Shown in pieces: positions 12,302 through 24,356 of a DNA stretch of 64,000 bases. The DNA is taken from assembly GCA_030141605.1 (NCBI GenBank), contig JAQGDQ010000020.1, positions 1,116,001 to 1,180,000 on the forward strand. The letters run 5' to 3'. The stretch is from Tubiluchus corallicola (Eukaryota > Animalia > Priapulida). The first letter of the stretch is position 1; each line of letters starts with the position of its first letter. Below the pieces are notes generated by a model. The model saw only the letters and a list, made by a program, of their open reading frames with translations, was not told where the DNA came from and ran no database searches. The position numbers and the translations under genes are program-made.

Positions 12302-12440
12302 CTTTGTACTGGATAAAGGACCAAACTGGCAAGGACTGAAGGGCCTGCGACCAGCTAACGATGACACCAGGTATTATTCTTGCATTGTAATTTGAGCAGT
12401 ACATGATAAACGCACAAGACTGCAGATACCAATCAATGCA
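12302..12440 (-). ncRNA. SNORA8: Box H/ACA snoRNA, SNORA8 (ACA8) orthologue, in eEF2 intron 10
   Basis: Hairpin TGCATTG/CAATGCA, H box AGAATA, hairpin CTGG/CCAG, ACA+3 nt; pockets TGGTATCT/TC and CATCGTT/TGGTC pair with 18S GA-UC-AGAUACC and GACCA-UA-AACGAUG (human U1056, U1081); 139 nt. Confidence 0.88.
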
Positions 12441-12709
12441 TTAACCCTCGTACATTCAATCGTATATTAGTTTCTATCAGGCAGAGTTATGAAGCACCAA
12501 AAAAGTATTTAAAGCAAAAATGGGTGTGCGCCACAAATTGAACAAAGACAAAAAAACGTAAACATAAAGAAGAAAGAAATATGGCTTCATTCAACTGTAC
12601 AACAGTACAAAATGTCAAACACTGACAATATCGACCCTTCGATCTTTTGTTTGAGACTTTTTGCCTAGTTGTGCACAGCTTAGCGATGTTTATTAATAGT
12701 TTAAGTTAC

Positions 12710-12829
12710 CTGAACCATAGGATCGGATTTGGCCAAACGCTTCAGACCCTCAACGAGCTTCGGCAAGTCTGACGGGTTCTTCACTTCCACCGCCACACGG
12801 ACGACCGGACTTACGCTAAACTTCATGAC
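12710..12829 (-). CDS. EEF2: eEF2 exon 10
   Basis: [40 protein letters not shown]. Confidence 0.96.
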
Positions 12830-13330
12830 CTGAAACGATTGTGAACATTAGCGAAACAGAACAACTGTTAAAATGACCTGCACTAGTAAAAATGGATGCT
12901 AGTAAATAAAGTGAATGGACAAAGTGATGCACACAAAATAACTTCCCATGTAATTCCTATGAGATACTCTATAAAGTTTAAGCAAACTTGAACGTATAAC
13001 AAGACTGCATGAATTCAGATCCAAATCCAGAAGCATTATAATCCTTATCGCTTGACAGACTGAATAAATGCAGACTCAAATACATATACATAACAGTGTT
13101 CATCACTTGATTATGCCTGGACAAGTGCAATTAAATCATGTGTGATTGGCCAGTGGCACAGCGTGGTTTGCTCATGTAGCCCTTAAACAATTCCAGCTTT
13201 TTTTAACCACACACTGTCTGAGATAGTAGCCAGCCTAAAAATCCACGAAGGCACAAAACCAACAGCTAAAAAGCTGTACGACAAAAGCTGCATGACTAAA
13301 AACAAAAGGCAAAATGAAAGTAAATCAAAC

Positions 13331-13469
13331 CTTCATGTTGTGGGCATGCTGGAAAGTAGTGATGGTACCGGTCTTCACCAAGAACTGATCAACACCAACT
13401 AAACCGCAGATGTTACCGCACGGCACGTCCTCGATTGATTCCGTATATCGACCCATCATCAATATCGTT
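13331..13469 (-). CDS. EEF2: eEF2 exon 9
   Basis: [46 protein letters not shown]. Confidence 0.96.
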
Positions 13470-14199
13470 CTGTGATAAAAACAGGTAAAGGAGAAAAATC
13501 GTTATCAGATGAAGAATCAGATGATGATTTCAACCTTCCCTACTGTTACTTCAACTTATTTAAAGGACAAGAAAACTCTTTATTTACGTTCGTCTTGAAA
13601 TATTGAAATACCTGCATACTGCCTTATTGCACTACAGAGCTTGTATTAGCAGCAACGCTGTATAAAACTTCTAATTTAAACTCCCGCGATAACTGTTAAG
13701 CACAACCATTTTAACAGAAAGTTGTTTAGTACAAGTTAAGATAACATTGCATAAAGTTTGAAAAGATAATCAGAGCATTCCTAGCGCACACTTCACTGAG
13801 CAAAATCCCGTCAATAAGATTAAAAATGTTTGTTGGTGAGTCAGTAGAGGACACTCGGAAGGTAAGTTAGGGACATTTTGTCAATTGACATTTAAATTAC
13901 TAAGAATTTTCATTTCTAATCACACAAGTCTTTCAAGTTGGTAATTTACGACCAATTACTTTGGCATTTTGCATTTTGTTTGGGAAAGAATAACCGATTT
14001 GACTTTGATTTTTGCCTTGTAAGCATAATGCTAAATAATATAGCTTTGTGTGGAAAGTTAAGCTGCCTTTTCTTCTCCTTTAAACACACTTTCTTCAACA
14101 TACTATTAGACTTAATTGTTTAACAGTGAAGAAAAATGGCAATTCTCATACGAGTTATACATATACCTTGTGAGATACATATATAACTAACATGTTTAC

Positions 14200-14395
14200 C
14201 TTTGAATTGGTTTCTCATACAAGTCTTCCTTCCTCCCAGGTGTGTAGTTCGGGCCCATTATCCGCACCTTCTGACCGGTGGCAACTACGCCGGAGAAAAC
14301 ACGGCCAAAGGCATAGAAACGTCCCTTGTCTGACGTTGGCACCATCTTTGAGATGTACATCATGAGAGGTCCGCCGGGGTTGCAGTCTCTTACAG
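14200..14395 (-). CDS. EEF2: eEF2 exon 8
   Basis: [35 protein letters not shown]...KPIQR. Confidence 0.97.
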
Positions 14396-15378
14396 CTAAA
14401 ACGGTAACACAGATTAATATGATTAGTTCACAAGGTAAACAAAATACAGTAGGCGCCATTTATTAGGCTCACGGTTAATAGAATCAGTCATCTAAGTGAC
14501 TCAAATAACTCGCCATAATCGACTCAATATTTTTCCTTCATGTACTTAAAATAAGACCAAAGAGCTTTTACTGCTTTTATGTCATCTGTACATTGATTCC
14601 GTACACTATAATATATGTAGAAACAGTCATGTTAGGTACAACTTTGTTTGTAAGCAGGTACAATAAGTTCATCATATCCATTAATAAGTTGGGCTAGCAG
14701 TTTTGCCTTGAATCTGTCACACACTTGTCAGCTACAGTTAACGCTGCTTTTCACAGAAGAAACAAGGTCATCACCAACTGCATCTCAAGCACCAGGTGAC
14801 TACGTGTTTGCCTGAATATGTGCCGTATACAGCAATAGATTTTCAATATTTTTAACATTATGAGAATTTCAAATACCAACTTCTTCATGAAGAAATGAAA
14901 CAACCGACCTTACATGAATTTTAGTAAATATTAGTGGCAACAGCCAGATTTGTATGATTTTTTTATTTTCTTTTTTTTATATAAATTAATATACTTAAAT
15001 AATTGCACATTGGAATTTTGCCAGGAATTCGTTTCTAAAATTCATTTAAAGCCTTTGCAATGCATACTAAGGTGATGAGTCACGACTCATGCTTATATAC
15101 TAGTAACAGGCTACACCCGTCAACTAATTGAATCTGTCGGTTAATTGGGTCAAAACAGTACCATACCAAAGTGAGTCTATTAAGTGACCTACTACAATAT
15201 GTTGTACTGTAATGTGTAAATGTTGCAAATCCAATGTAGGTTTTGAAGGTGAGATGTAACACCTTCATTTATCTTTCTTTTCCTTGAAAACTTGTAACAC
15301 TGAAATATTCAGATAATTTATATAAGTTACCCAGGGACCAGAAGAGTGGCAATAAGCACAACAATGTTGGTTACTCAC

Positions 15379-15517
15379 CGACGGCAGCTTCGTCATCATT
15401 AGGACCCTCGTACAGCAATTCCATCCTATATTTCTGAGCAGTAACAGGGGAAGGCAGATGAATAGCTATCATTTCTAGTAGAGTCTCTCCAGCTGGTAGC
15501 CATGTCCTCATTACATA
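15379..15517 (-). CDS. EEF2: eEF2 exon 7
   Basis: [46 protein letters not shown]; G|GTGAGT donor. Confidence 0.95.
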
Positions 15518-15953
15518 CTAAAATATGAACGTATACATTGAGAAATATTTTCTTAGTACATATGCAATTAGTTACGTAAGTTAATTAAACTAAAATTGAC
15601 ACAGTTTGACTATCCCTGGTTCGGCACGGTTTACTCATGAATGACAGGGCAGTTTGCCATAATTTTCAAATATTGGCTCCTATCGCGCGAACCAACTCAT
15701 CTTTTTAAAGCACAACGTAAGTGTCTCCCTGCAAGTTTTGTCAACCTACATACTATAGTATTCAAGTTATTATGATGAAAATGATGATCAGTACATGGAG
15801 GGTTCTCATAGAATCTGCGGCTTGTGGATTAATAATTCCACGACAATGAAGTGCAAAGTGCACAACTGACAAAACTCAGTACATATCAGGACAGAACACA
15901 CTAAACTTGGCATTCTCAAGCCGAACTATCATTCAACGCAGAGCCTAATCTTA

Positions 15954-16075
15954 AATTGTTGTGGCAGGACCGGAATCTATGTCTTACCAAGGATAAGATG
16001 AGACAATGAACCATCACTGGTGTCTTAGCGATGTTTAGTTGTGTACTACACAGTCTCTCTTAATAATGCAGGAAA
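15954..16075 (-). ncRNA. Candidate H/ACA snoRNA in eEF2 intron 6
   Basis: H box ACACCA (16018-16023); 3' hairpin with pocket TTCAT / TTCCG matching 18S UGGAA-UA-AUGGA; ACA-ATT end; 5' hairpin weak. Confidence 0.45.
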
Positions 16076-16295
16076 CAGACAGACACAGCAAGATGAATAA
16101 AACTGCTTAATTGAACACAGCAGTCAACCAGTAATTCACTAACTAAGCCCAATGGTCAACCATGATAGCAAATCATGCACTATGACCACTGAGCCATTCT
16201 TCTACATCCCCAATCACAATAATACATTGTGCAATTTGTACATAAACTGTTCAACTGACAAAGATGAGTAAGAAAGCGTACTGTAAATTGCATAC

Positions 16296-16415
16296 CTTCA
16301 GTAGAGGTTTGCCCTCCGCATCCCTGTCTGGTGATTTCAACTTATCAGCTATGCCCAGCTTAGATAATAGCTTGGGAATCTCGTCCTTTTTGAAATTCAT
16401 AATTGCATCAAATAT
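16296..16415 (-). CDS. EEF2: eEF2 exon 6
   Basis: [40 protein letters not shown]. Confidence 0.95.
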
Positions 16416-17267
16416 CTAATTAAAAAAGAGTAATATATAAAAATAGTTCATCATATTACAAACAGCATTTTTCAAACGGGATAAGTAGTGTTAATTTTTA
16501 AGCAAAAAACGTCACTATTAAAAGTGACGATAAGGGATTCCAATCTCTAACTGACTATATGGAAAAGGTGTTTATTATTATTATTATTATTATATTTGCA
16601 AATTTTCGGAAAAATTCACATTGAACATCTCACAACCTCTTGAGCTGTTTAGCCAGAAATAATGAGTCAGCATCATCTCTATACACCCCTACACAATTTT
16701 AACACACAATTCTCCTGACTTCTACGCGCAAATACGTTTGCATGAAATTTGATAAATCGATATAGTTGTAAATTAAGCAGCTAATCAAATATGTAACTCA
16801 AGATAAGGAAATGTTATTAAATGATTATTACTCAAATATCAGATATTAAACCAACAGCTATAGATTCTTAATTATTGTAACAGCCGAGCATAATAACTGC
16901 TACAAAATATAACTCTGACTCAAGTGCATTATTGATAAATCAATAATGACAATAGATAAATCAATAACCTTTCTTTTAAACCTTGACATATAGTTAATAA
17001 ATGAAGGTGTGCTAAGCTTATACTTAAATCATACAACTTACGGATATGAGCTGCGTGCTAACTGTAAATTCATTTATCTATAGTTTTCAAACTGGGAATG
17101 TCTGCAACCTCATTTAAACAATTTGATGCATGAGCATCTAATCTATGATATTGCTGTGTGATATAGAACCCTGTTGTAAATGAGCATTGTGTTCAATCAG
17201 ATTTATCCTTGTTTTAAGAATTTGCATAATGATGATCATAATTATAATAATAATAATAATGGTAATA

Positions 17268-17757
17268 CAGTCATACCCCTGTTGTTGACCGTCTCCGTAT
17301 TCATGCAAATCGGTTTTCGACCAGAAAATTCGAGCTGAAATTGTCTCCGCTCTCGACCAGAATTTCTGTACTCGACCAACCGCTAAACACGTGATGAACA
17401 CATGCGCGATGAGCCGAGCCGAAAGTAACCGCCCACGCCCGAGAATAATCATGCACAACATTTGAATCGCCTAACGTCACTAAATGCTTTCTAGGCCTTT
17501 TTCATGCAAGAACAATTATGTTTTTCTTTCTAAGTAATTCTATTATGTTTCTCTTATCAATTACATCATATCTACTGTCTGAATAAACATTTTGAATTAT
17601 CATATTTCGTTTTAGTAATAGTTTACAGTTCATTTGGTGCTTGAGAACGGATTATTTGCTTTTACATTATTTCTTACGGGAATAAATGATTCGATACTCA
17701 ACCAATTTTTAAACACTTTTTAGGAACGAATTATGGTCGAAAACAGAGGTACTACTG
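17268..17757. mobile_element. Tc1/mariner-pogo-type MITE
   Basis: TA|CAGTCATACCCCTGTTGTTGACC ... GGTCGAAAACAGAGGTACTACTG|TA; TA TSD; sits in a (TAA)n tract. Confidence 0.75.
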
Positions 17758-17814
17758 TAATAATAATAATAATCAAAGTCTGTGACAACTTCTAATAACT
17801 TAATTGCTCCTCAC

Positions 17815-18066
17815 CTTGTATATGGGATCCAGAACAAAGATATTGAATGCCCTCTTATACTCGCCCTTCTCTCCAGCATCAAGCTGTCCGGTCTTGTTCC
17901 ACTTCTTGCTCTGGGGGTTGTAGAAGTTGTCCCCAAATAAACGCTTCATCAACTTGGTCGTGTCGACCTTGAACTTTTCCGAGTAGAGCTCTGAGAACTG
18001 CTTGAGAGTGAACGCCCAGCCGTGCAATCCCGAACCGAAACCGACATTGCCTTTTGATGGAGAAAC
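17815..18066 (-). CDS. EEF2: eEF2 exon 5
   Basis: VSPSKGNVGFGSGLHGWAFTLKQF...FVLDPIYK. Confidence 0.96.
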
Positions 18067-18528
18067 CTAGAATTTATATAAATTTTATTTTAGATTCCCT
18101 TCCATATCATTGTTAGAAATATACAAAGACATGGCATTAAACAAAAAATAATAAAAAAACAGCTCTGCACAACAGCATACGATTGCTATCAGGCATTCAT
18201 TCACACTATACACAAAATATTAGCAATTCAAACTCAATACAATTCTTTAATATACTGTGCAATATAACAATATAATATAACACAATATAACGCAATATAA
18301 CATAATATAATCCAATACAACACACTGTAATATAACACAGACATATAGATGTTGTAAATAGTAACTTGCACAAGTGGATCTTGTCAACACATGACGTACA
18401 ACAAGTCTTGCGCTATTTAGTCACGAATAATTTGTTTCATTTCCGTATATTCAGTTTAAGCACATAGGCCTTTTTGCAACTTAATAATCACTAGACACAA
18501 AGCAATTACACATAAATATCACAATCAC

Positions 18529-18737
18529 CTGGATATCACCCATGGGTCCGTGCTCATCACCATACGTCGCAATAATCACGTTTACATTCTCTACGATACG
18601 TATAAAAGTTTGATACAAGTCCTCCTGGTCTAGTTGCAATTCTAGTAGTGCACGATCCATCTTATTCATAAACACAACGGGTTTGATTCGTTCAGCGATG
18701 GCTTGTCGCAGTACCGTCTCCGTCTGCACACAAACAC
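18529..18737 (-). CDS. EEF2: eEF2 exon 4
   Basis: [29 protein letters not shown] (G4 NKxD)...GPMGDIQ. Confidence 0.97.
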
Positions 18738-19314
18738 CTAAAACACAGAACATGCAAATACAGACCTGGAAGACAAAGACGCATCAGGATTTGAAAAAAT
18801 ATACCAAAATGTATAAATGATAGGTCCTAAACAACTTCAGAAACTTACACGTGTTATGAGTCTAAACTAAGTAATGCGGAAAAAAGATGATGCCTGCTAA
18901 GCATCGATTAAATAAATTCAATTACCAAATGCTGCCTTTTTCGCAAAAGAATGAACCTTTTTTCCATCAAAACCAACATACCAGTTTAATTTTTACAACA
19001 AATTTTTTGAAATACTGCCAATACATTACACATCTGTTACTCTGCAATAAAAATATATGCATATATTTGTTGTAAGCTAGTTTTAACACTTCGCGAAAGT
19101 TCTAAAAGATGAATGGACTTTTTTAAATAGTCTTTTTATGCAGTTTACAAGCATTTCTAAATGCCATTCAATAAATGATAAACGAGAACAAGCAATGCCA
19201 AAGATAAGCAGTAAAAGGGAACAATGCTAGATGAAAACAATTACACGAGCAGCTGAGCACTCATTCGTTTTCTTAGCTAGAAGTATTGTTCTATGTAGTA
19301 TTTAATGTACCTAC

Positions 19315-19496
19315 CACTAACACAGTCAACAACCACCAATGCACCATCGGTAACTCGCAGAGCAGCAGTCACCTCCGAGGAGAAGTCCACGTGACCCGGG
19401 GAGTCAATCAGATTGATTAAGAACCCATTGGTGTCATACTTCTGCGTCATAAACTTGAGGTCTTTCTCATCCAACTCAAAATACATAGAGATGGCA
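19315..19496 (-). CDS. EEF2: eEF2 exon 3
   Basis: AISMYFEL...[36 protein letters not shown] (G3 motif). Confidence 0.97.
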
Positions 19497-21295
19497 CTAC
19501 ATAACGTAAAATCAACAAGCAGTTAAAACAACACAATAGCAGACCAAGTAAAAACACTAAGTTAATATAAAATATAATTTTCTCAGTCAATTTTACGGCA
19601 CTCGTGGCGCGAAATTTTAATGAAAAGTGTAATGCAGTTAAAATTTCAACTAAAGTAAAATGAAATCGTTTTACAAGCTCAATTTTTTTCAAGTTTCTGT
19701 TAGCACAGGGAAGGGGCTGCTACTAGCATGTGGTACGAGAGGTAATACGCCACACCCATCCCAATACAACTACTTTCAACATCAGGAAATCTAAATTCCA
19801 AAAGAAACTGATCTCGAGTTCACTTCTTTTGAAGTACTGGCATATCAGGCAGATGCGAATGATTAACTAACTAGTAACTACTGCACCCATATATAACAGC
19901 TGGCTGCAAGTATCTAGGCACTCAATCAATTTTACCCATTTCTAACGAGGTGATTAATTAAAATTTTGTGCTTATAAATGCAAACTGCATGTAAGGCGTT
20001 GGTGTAAAACAGCTAACCTGTGATACACTCAGTAATTTATAGCTTGCAATTCCAATAAAGTAAATATAGATCAATGTCAAACTGTAAGTGATGAGTAAGC
20101 ATTTTTAGATACTCAACAAAAGTAATGGTGACACTTAGTTCATAACTAACAGATACTTTAATAGTAGGCAATGGTTACTGTACAACTTTGATTAGGTAAC
20201 ACTGCTCAAAAATGGAAGAGCGCTAGGTAATAATTTTCAAAGCAGTACACTAGCAATAGAGCTTTTCTAACTTAAATCACTGATGCATCCAGTTTAGTTC
20301 ATCTAATATTTAGCTTTACACTAGCTCTTAAATCTTACAATCCTTTTAGGTAATTGGATAAGGAAGACGCTTCAGCGCTCCTATTGCAATGAGATCAGAC
20401 AAAATCAGATAATAGCTTGCCCTACTCAAGTGGCCCATTAATTTAATTAATAAGTGACAGTTTGCTCTCATGCAACGACATTGTGGTCAGAACCCTAATC
20501 ATTCTTCGGGTACATCTTAACCAGCGTCTAATTAAAAATACTTGAAATAAGGAGCTGATGTATTAATATACCTATATAATAAAGTGCAATGAACACACTC
20601 AATAGAGATGTACCTTGACATGAAAGTCTTACGGACAAAAATTCATTAAACTTGTGCCTTTGATCAGTGGATTTTCAGCTGTTGCCAGACTTATTACTGT
20701 GCCAAATAGGGTGACTATAGCGCCATGTAATAGACCAGTGGTTCCTAAACTTTTGTTGACGGCGACCCCTTTCCAGAACCCTGCATCATATCGTGCCCCA
20801 CGAAGAACTTATTCACATGTTATACTATTAAACATTATCATTCTTATTTATTAATTTTAACTTACTATTCAACAAATTGTCAAACAATAAGTGATTGTTT
20901 CATGAATTCATTAATGTGATGGTTGCACCTGTTTTTCTGGTCTGCAATGCAATAGGTTTCCAAGGTAAAATGAATAGTGACATACTTTCGGGAGGTGTAC
21001 ACTGTACACAAGTTTACAGCATGGAACAACGAGCATTTCATTTTCCCAAAAAATCAAGCACTGATATACCGCATTTAGAGCGGGAAAACCCAGTTTCACT
21101 TTCCAGAACAAAATGATGTAATGAGAAACGAGAAAACAAGACATACTTACATACTTTTCATGAAAACAGCATTTTTAAAAATAGAGTTTGGACTAAACAG
21201 TAGTTAATCAAAGGCGCCAAATTTTGGAAAGACTTTCAAAGCATAAAACTTATGCAAAGATAAGTGAATAGTAACAGGTAACTCTCAATACGTAC

Positions 21296-21510
21296 GTAGA
21301 TTTAATAGTGATACATCGATCCTGTTCATCTTTTCTCGTGTCCGTAAACCTAGTCTCACCAGCCTTTGATCCAGCTATAATTCCAGCCTTACTAACCAGC
21401 GAATCAGTCAACGTTGATTTACCATGATCTACATGAGCTATTACAGACATGTTACGTATATTCATTTTCTTGTCCATAAGCGCACGTATCTCGTCCACCG
21501 TAAAGTTCAC
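21296..21510 (-). CDS. EEF2: eEF2 exon 2
   Basis: VNFTVDEIR...[13 protein letters not shown] (P-loop)...GETRFTDTR (Thr56 site)...ITIKS. Confidence 0.97.
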
Positions 21511-22235
21511 CTAAAGACGTTAATTAAACAAAAAATGGAAATTTTAATGAAAAAAGGTACCATCACAGAAACTCAAAAACCAAAATGGTGCATAGTAGCA
21601 CGGTGAATTTATTGTGACTTCTAATATTGTAATATTAACAATAGATGCCTGCTAAATGTTAAAAGATCCAATTTTCATGAGCGCTTCCCACTTTGGACCT
21701 GTTATTTCCCAAGTAAGACAAATTTTCCAAAAAAAAACAGAATCGAAAAGTCAGGTTGTCAAGTTACTTAGCAGCACTTGCAGAAGAAAAAAGCAAAAAT
21801 TGGTTTAAGGTGCACAGGCTCACATCAGTTAGATTCAAATTTTAGTAGATGGTGACACCATATAGAAATAGGCCAGTTATTAGGCACTGCAATGGTGATA
21901 TCTATAACTGACAAGAGGTTTCATAACTTGTGCATCTTTAAATATTGTCATTTGTAGTAAAAAGTAATTTAGATACCCTTCTATTAATTTTACTTTTATT
22001 TTTTATAATTTGTTCATTTTGCAAAAATTTAACCTATTTTTGCCAATTCTTAATGCTAAAATTTTCCTCGTTATAATTTTAATGCCCTTATTGAGTTTAT
22101 CAGCGGTTACAATTATTGTTGCTTACATTATGTATCATTGATATGTTATGCCATTAGTTTTTTATCCGTTCCACATAATATATTTTTTGGTGCTGAATAA
22201 GAATTTAAACCGCAGTTAATAAAAATATTTAGAGA

Positions 22236-22356
22236 GGCTGTTACAACAAGCTGCCTACTAATGTCACTGACTGAAACTACTATATAAAGGCACTTCGTCT
22301 TTGTGTGAGAGATGGATGCTCAATGACTGCACGGTCTTTCTCAACCCCATCCCTCT
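22236..22356 (-). ncRNA. Candidate box H/ACA snoRNA in eEF2 intron 1
   Basis: Stem GAGGGATGG/CCATCTCTC, H box ACACAA, second hairpin TGCCT/AGGCA, ACA-GCC; 5' pocket GGTTGAGA / GAGC, 15 nt from H, pairs with 18S GCUC-UU-UCUYGAUU. Confidence 0.7.
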
Positions 22357-22867
22357 TTTAAACTAGCATTAATCATTAATAACACTTTGTTACATGTTTG
22401 CGATACGAAAGGGAGACAAATAAGTAAAAACTGAATTGAACTGCATCAAATAGTAGCATCACGCACATTTCCAACAATATCTCAAAAACAATTATAGATA
22501 ATAAAGATAAAATTAATAAGTGTTTAAAAGCTCTTGCATACGATGGTAAATCGTTCGCATATACAAGTGAAGAAACGCACGATAAAAATACAGCTATCAC
22601 TACAAAAACTTAAAATTGCCTTATTAGTAATAGTGATTTAATAAAGAACATCAACGTCGTAAAATTATTAAACTTTATTAATTTTAATTGGCTTGGAAAT
22701 TTAGAAAATTCAGAATGCGGAACTAAAGCAACAGCTGGAATACTGACCAAGCAAAAACTAGAAATTACAGTTGAATTGTTATAAAAATAAGAAACTATTT
22801 GCGAAAATAAAGCATACGTCATTACAGTAACAAGATCTCAGAAAAATTATTAATGGATGGCACTTAC

Positions 22868-22870
22868 CAT
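22868..22870 (-). CDS. EEF2: eEF2 exon 1 coding part (ATG only)
   Basis: GCCAAG-ATG|GTAAGT; an ATG-only first coding exon is the known metazoan EEF2 layout; joins in phase to GTG AAC TTT. Confidence 0.9.
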
Positions 22871-22919
22871 CTTGGCTTTTTGTAGCTTTATAACACAGCA
22901 ACTTTAATAATGTGTTGCC

Positions 22920-22960
22920 GTCAATGGCGGACGTTGCGAAAGGATCGATCACGTGATCAG
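22920..22960 (-). promoter_or_regulatory. eEF2 core promoter: TCT/TOP-like start with E-box and YY1-like site
   Basis: Minus strand GATCACGTGATC-GATCCTTTCGC-AACGT-CCGCCATT, ~70 nt upstream of ATG. Confidence 0.6.
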
Positions 22961-24356
22961 TGGTGCAATCAGCCTCCCGATTTTTTTAAATGATATTTTT
23001 TAAAGCTATTGAAATAAATAAGTGATATTAAACATGTAGAAGCAAAAATTATTCTAGTTCCAAATGTTTTCAAATTTTGTGATTTTTGACTACAGCTAGA
23101 TCTTTTTTGTATTACTAAAGTCATGCAATTCGGGCAGAGGTCTGTAACCTGTACTCTGTAACTTCTGTAGACTAAATTTACGTCGTTTCTATTTCTGCTA
23201 AATAAAATTTTTACATTAAACATTTTACTTTCTTGGATTAGAGTGGAAGCAAAAATCTGGTTTTGCCACAGTGTATATTCAGGTATATGTTTTAATGCGT
23301 TATCAATCATATTTTTTCTAAAGTAAAAACGTGGTTTTTGCTTGTCCTACTCCTAGGTCATAATTAGTAATTAATATTAATAATCTTATTATAACTTAAT
23401 GTAAGATTTAAAGCATGCATAATTATAATGATTATCCTTAGTTCTCATTTTGAAAGTTGAAAGTGTGCTAGCATATAGAAAATGCTTTCAGCATACTATC
23501 ATCAGAGTGCTTTTAAAATTAAAGAAGGCTATAAATAAAGCTCAACATTGGTTGGGAACGTTAACAATGTTTGCGCTACTAGTACCCAAACTTATCTTAC
23601 TGATACTTACTGTTAACTTATCTTGTTAACTTGTAAAGCTGTTGTAGGCTAGTACCTGTTGGCCAGTTCTTATCACTTTCCTCTGCCTTCCCTGATTATT
23701 AGATTACACCTAATCAGGGTTGCCACACATGTCCCAAATTTCGTGCAACTTTTCCGAAAACGGTACCAAGCAGATCACAAGCTAGAATGCTAGATGATCA
23801 CAGGACAACATTTATCCCAGTAATAGCCAGCCATGTAGAATATATTAACTAAACACAGCAATAGTCTCCCCAACTACTAAGAATGTATCGCAAAACAGCT
23901 TCCCAGGTGCACTACATCATTAAATTGCAAGAATTTTACTTCCTCACATGCGTAGCATTGCTGGCAATCCATTTCACTAAAGTAATCATGGATTAATAAA
24001 AATCAAAAAACTTTCTTCCGATTCAACATCCAGTGATTTTTACAGCAACAGACGCAATTGGGTAAAGTTTATTTATTTATTTATTTAACTTTCATTTCAG
24101 TACGTAACAAGTAGAATAGGACAGTAAATAAAAAGACATAAGGCCGACAATAAAAATACTTCTGTTTCCGTTTAATCGCCAAGGTAAGATTTTTTTTCGC
24201 ACCCCCAGCAGAGGAGTTTATAATTTTCTTGTGTGTTCATATACTTACCTGACACAATCATATAAAAGCTTATTTTTTTAATATTTAAAATGTAAAATGC
24301 AATAATTATTATAACATCGTTTGCAGCCATGTTTTTCTATGGTTTTCTTTCGCCCA

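Noticed and set aside
15781-15869. ATGATGA...CTGA box C/D pattern on the + strand
   Set aside because: Antisense to the eEF2 host transcript; no recognisable guide
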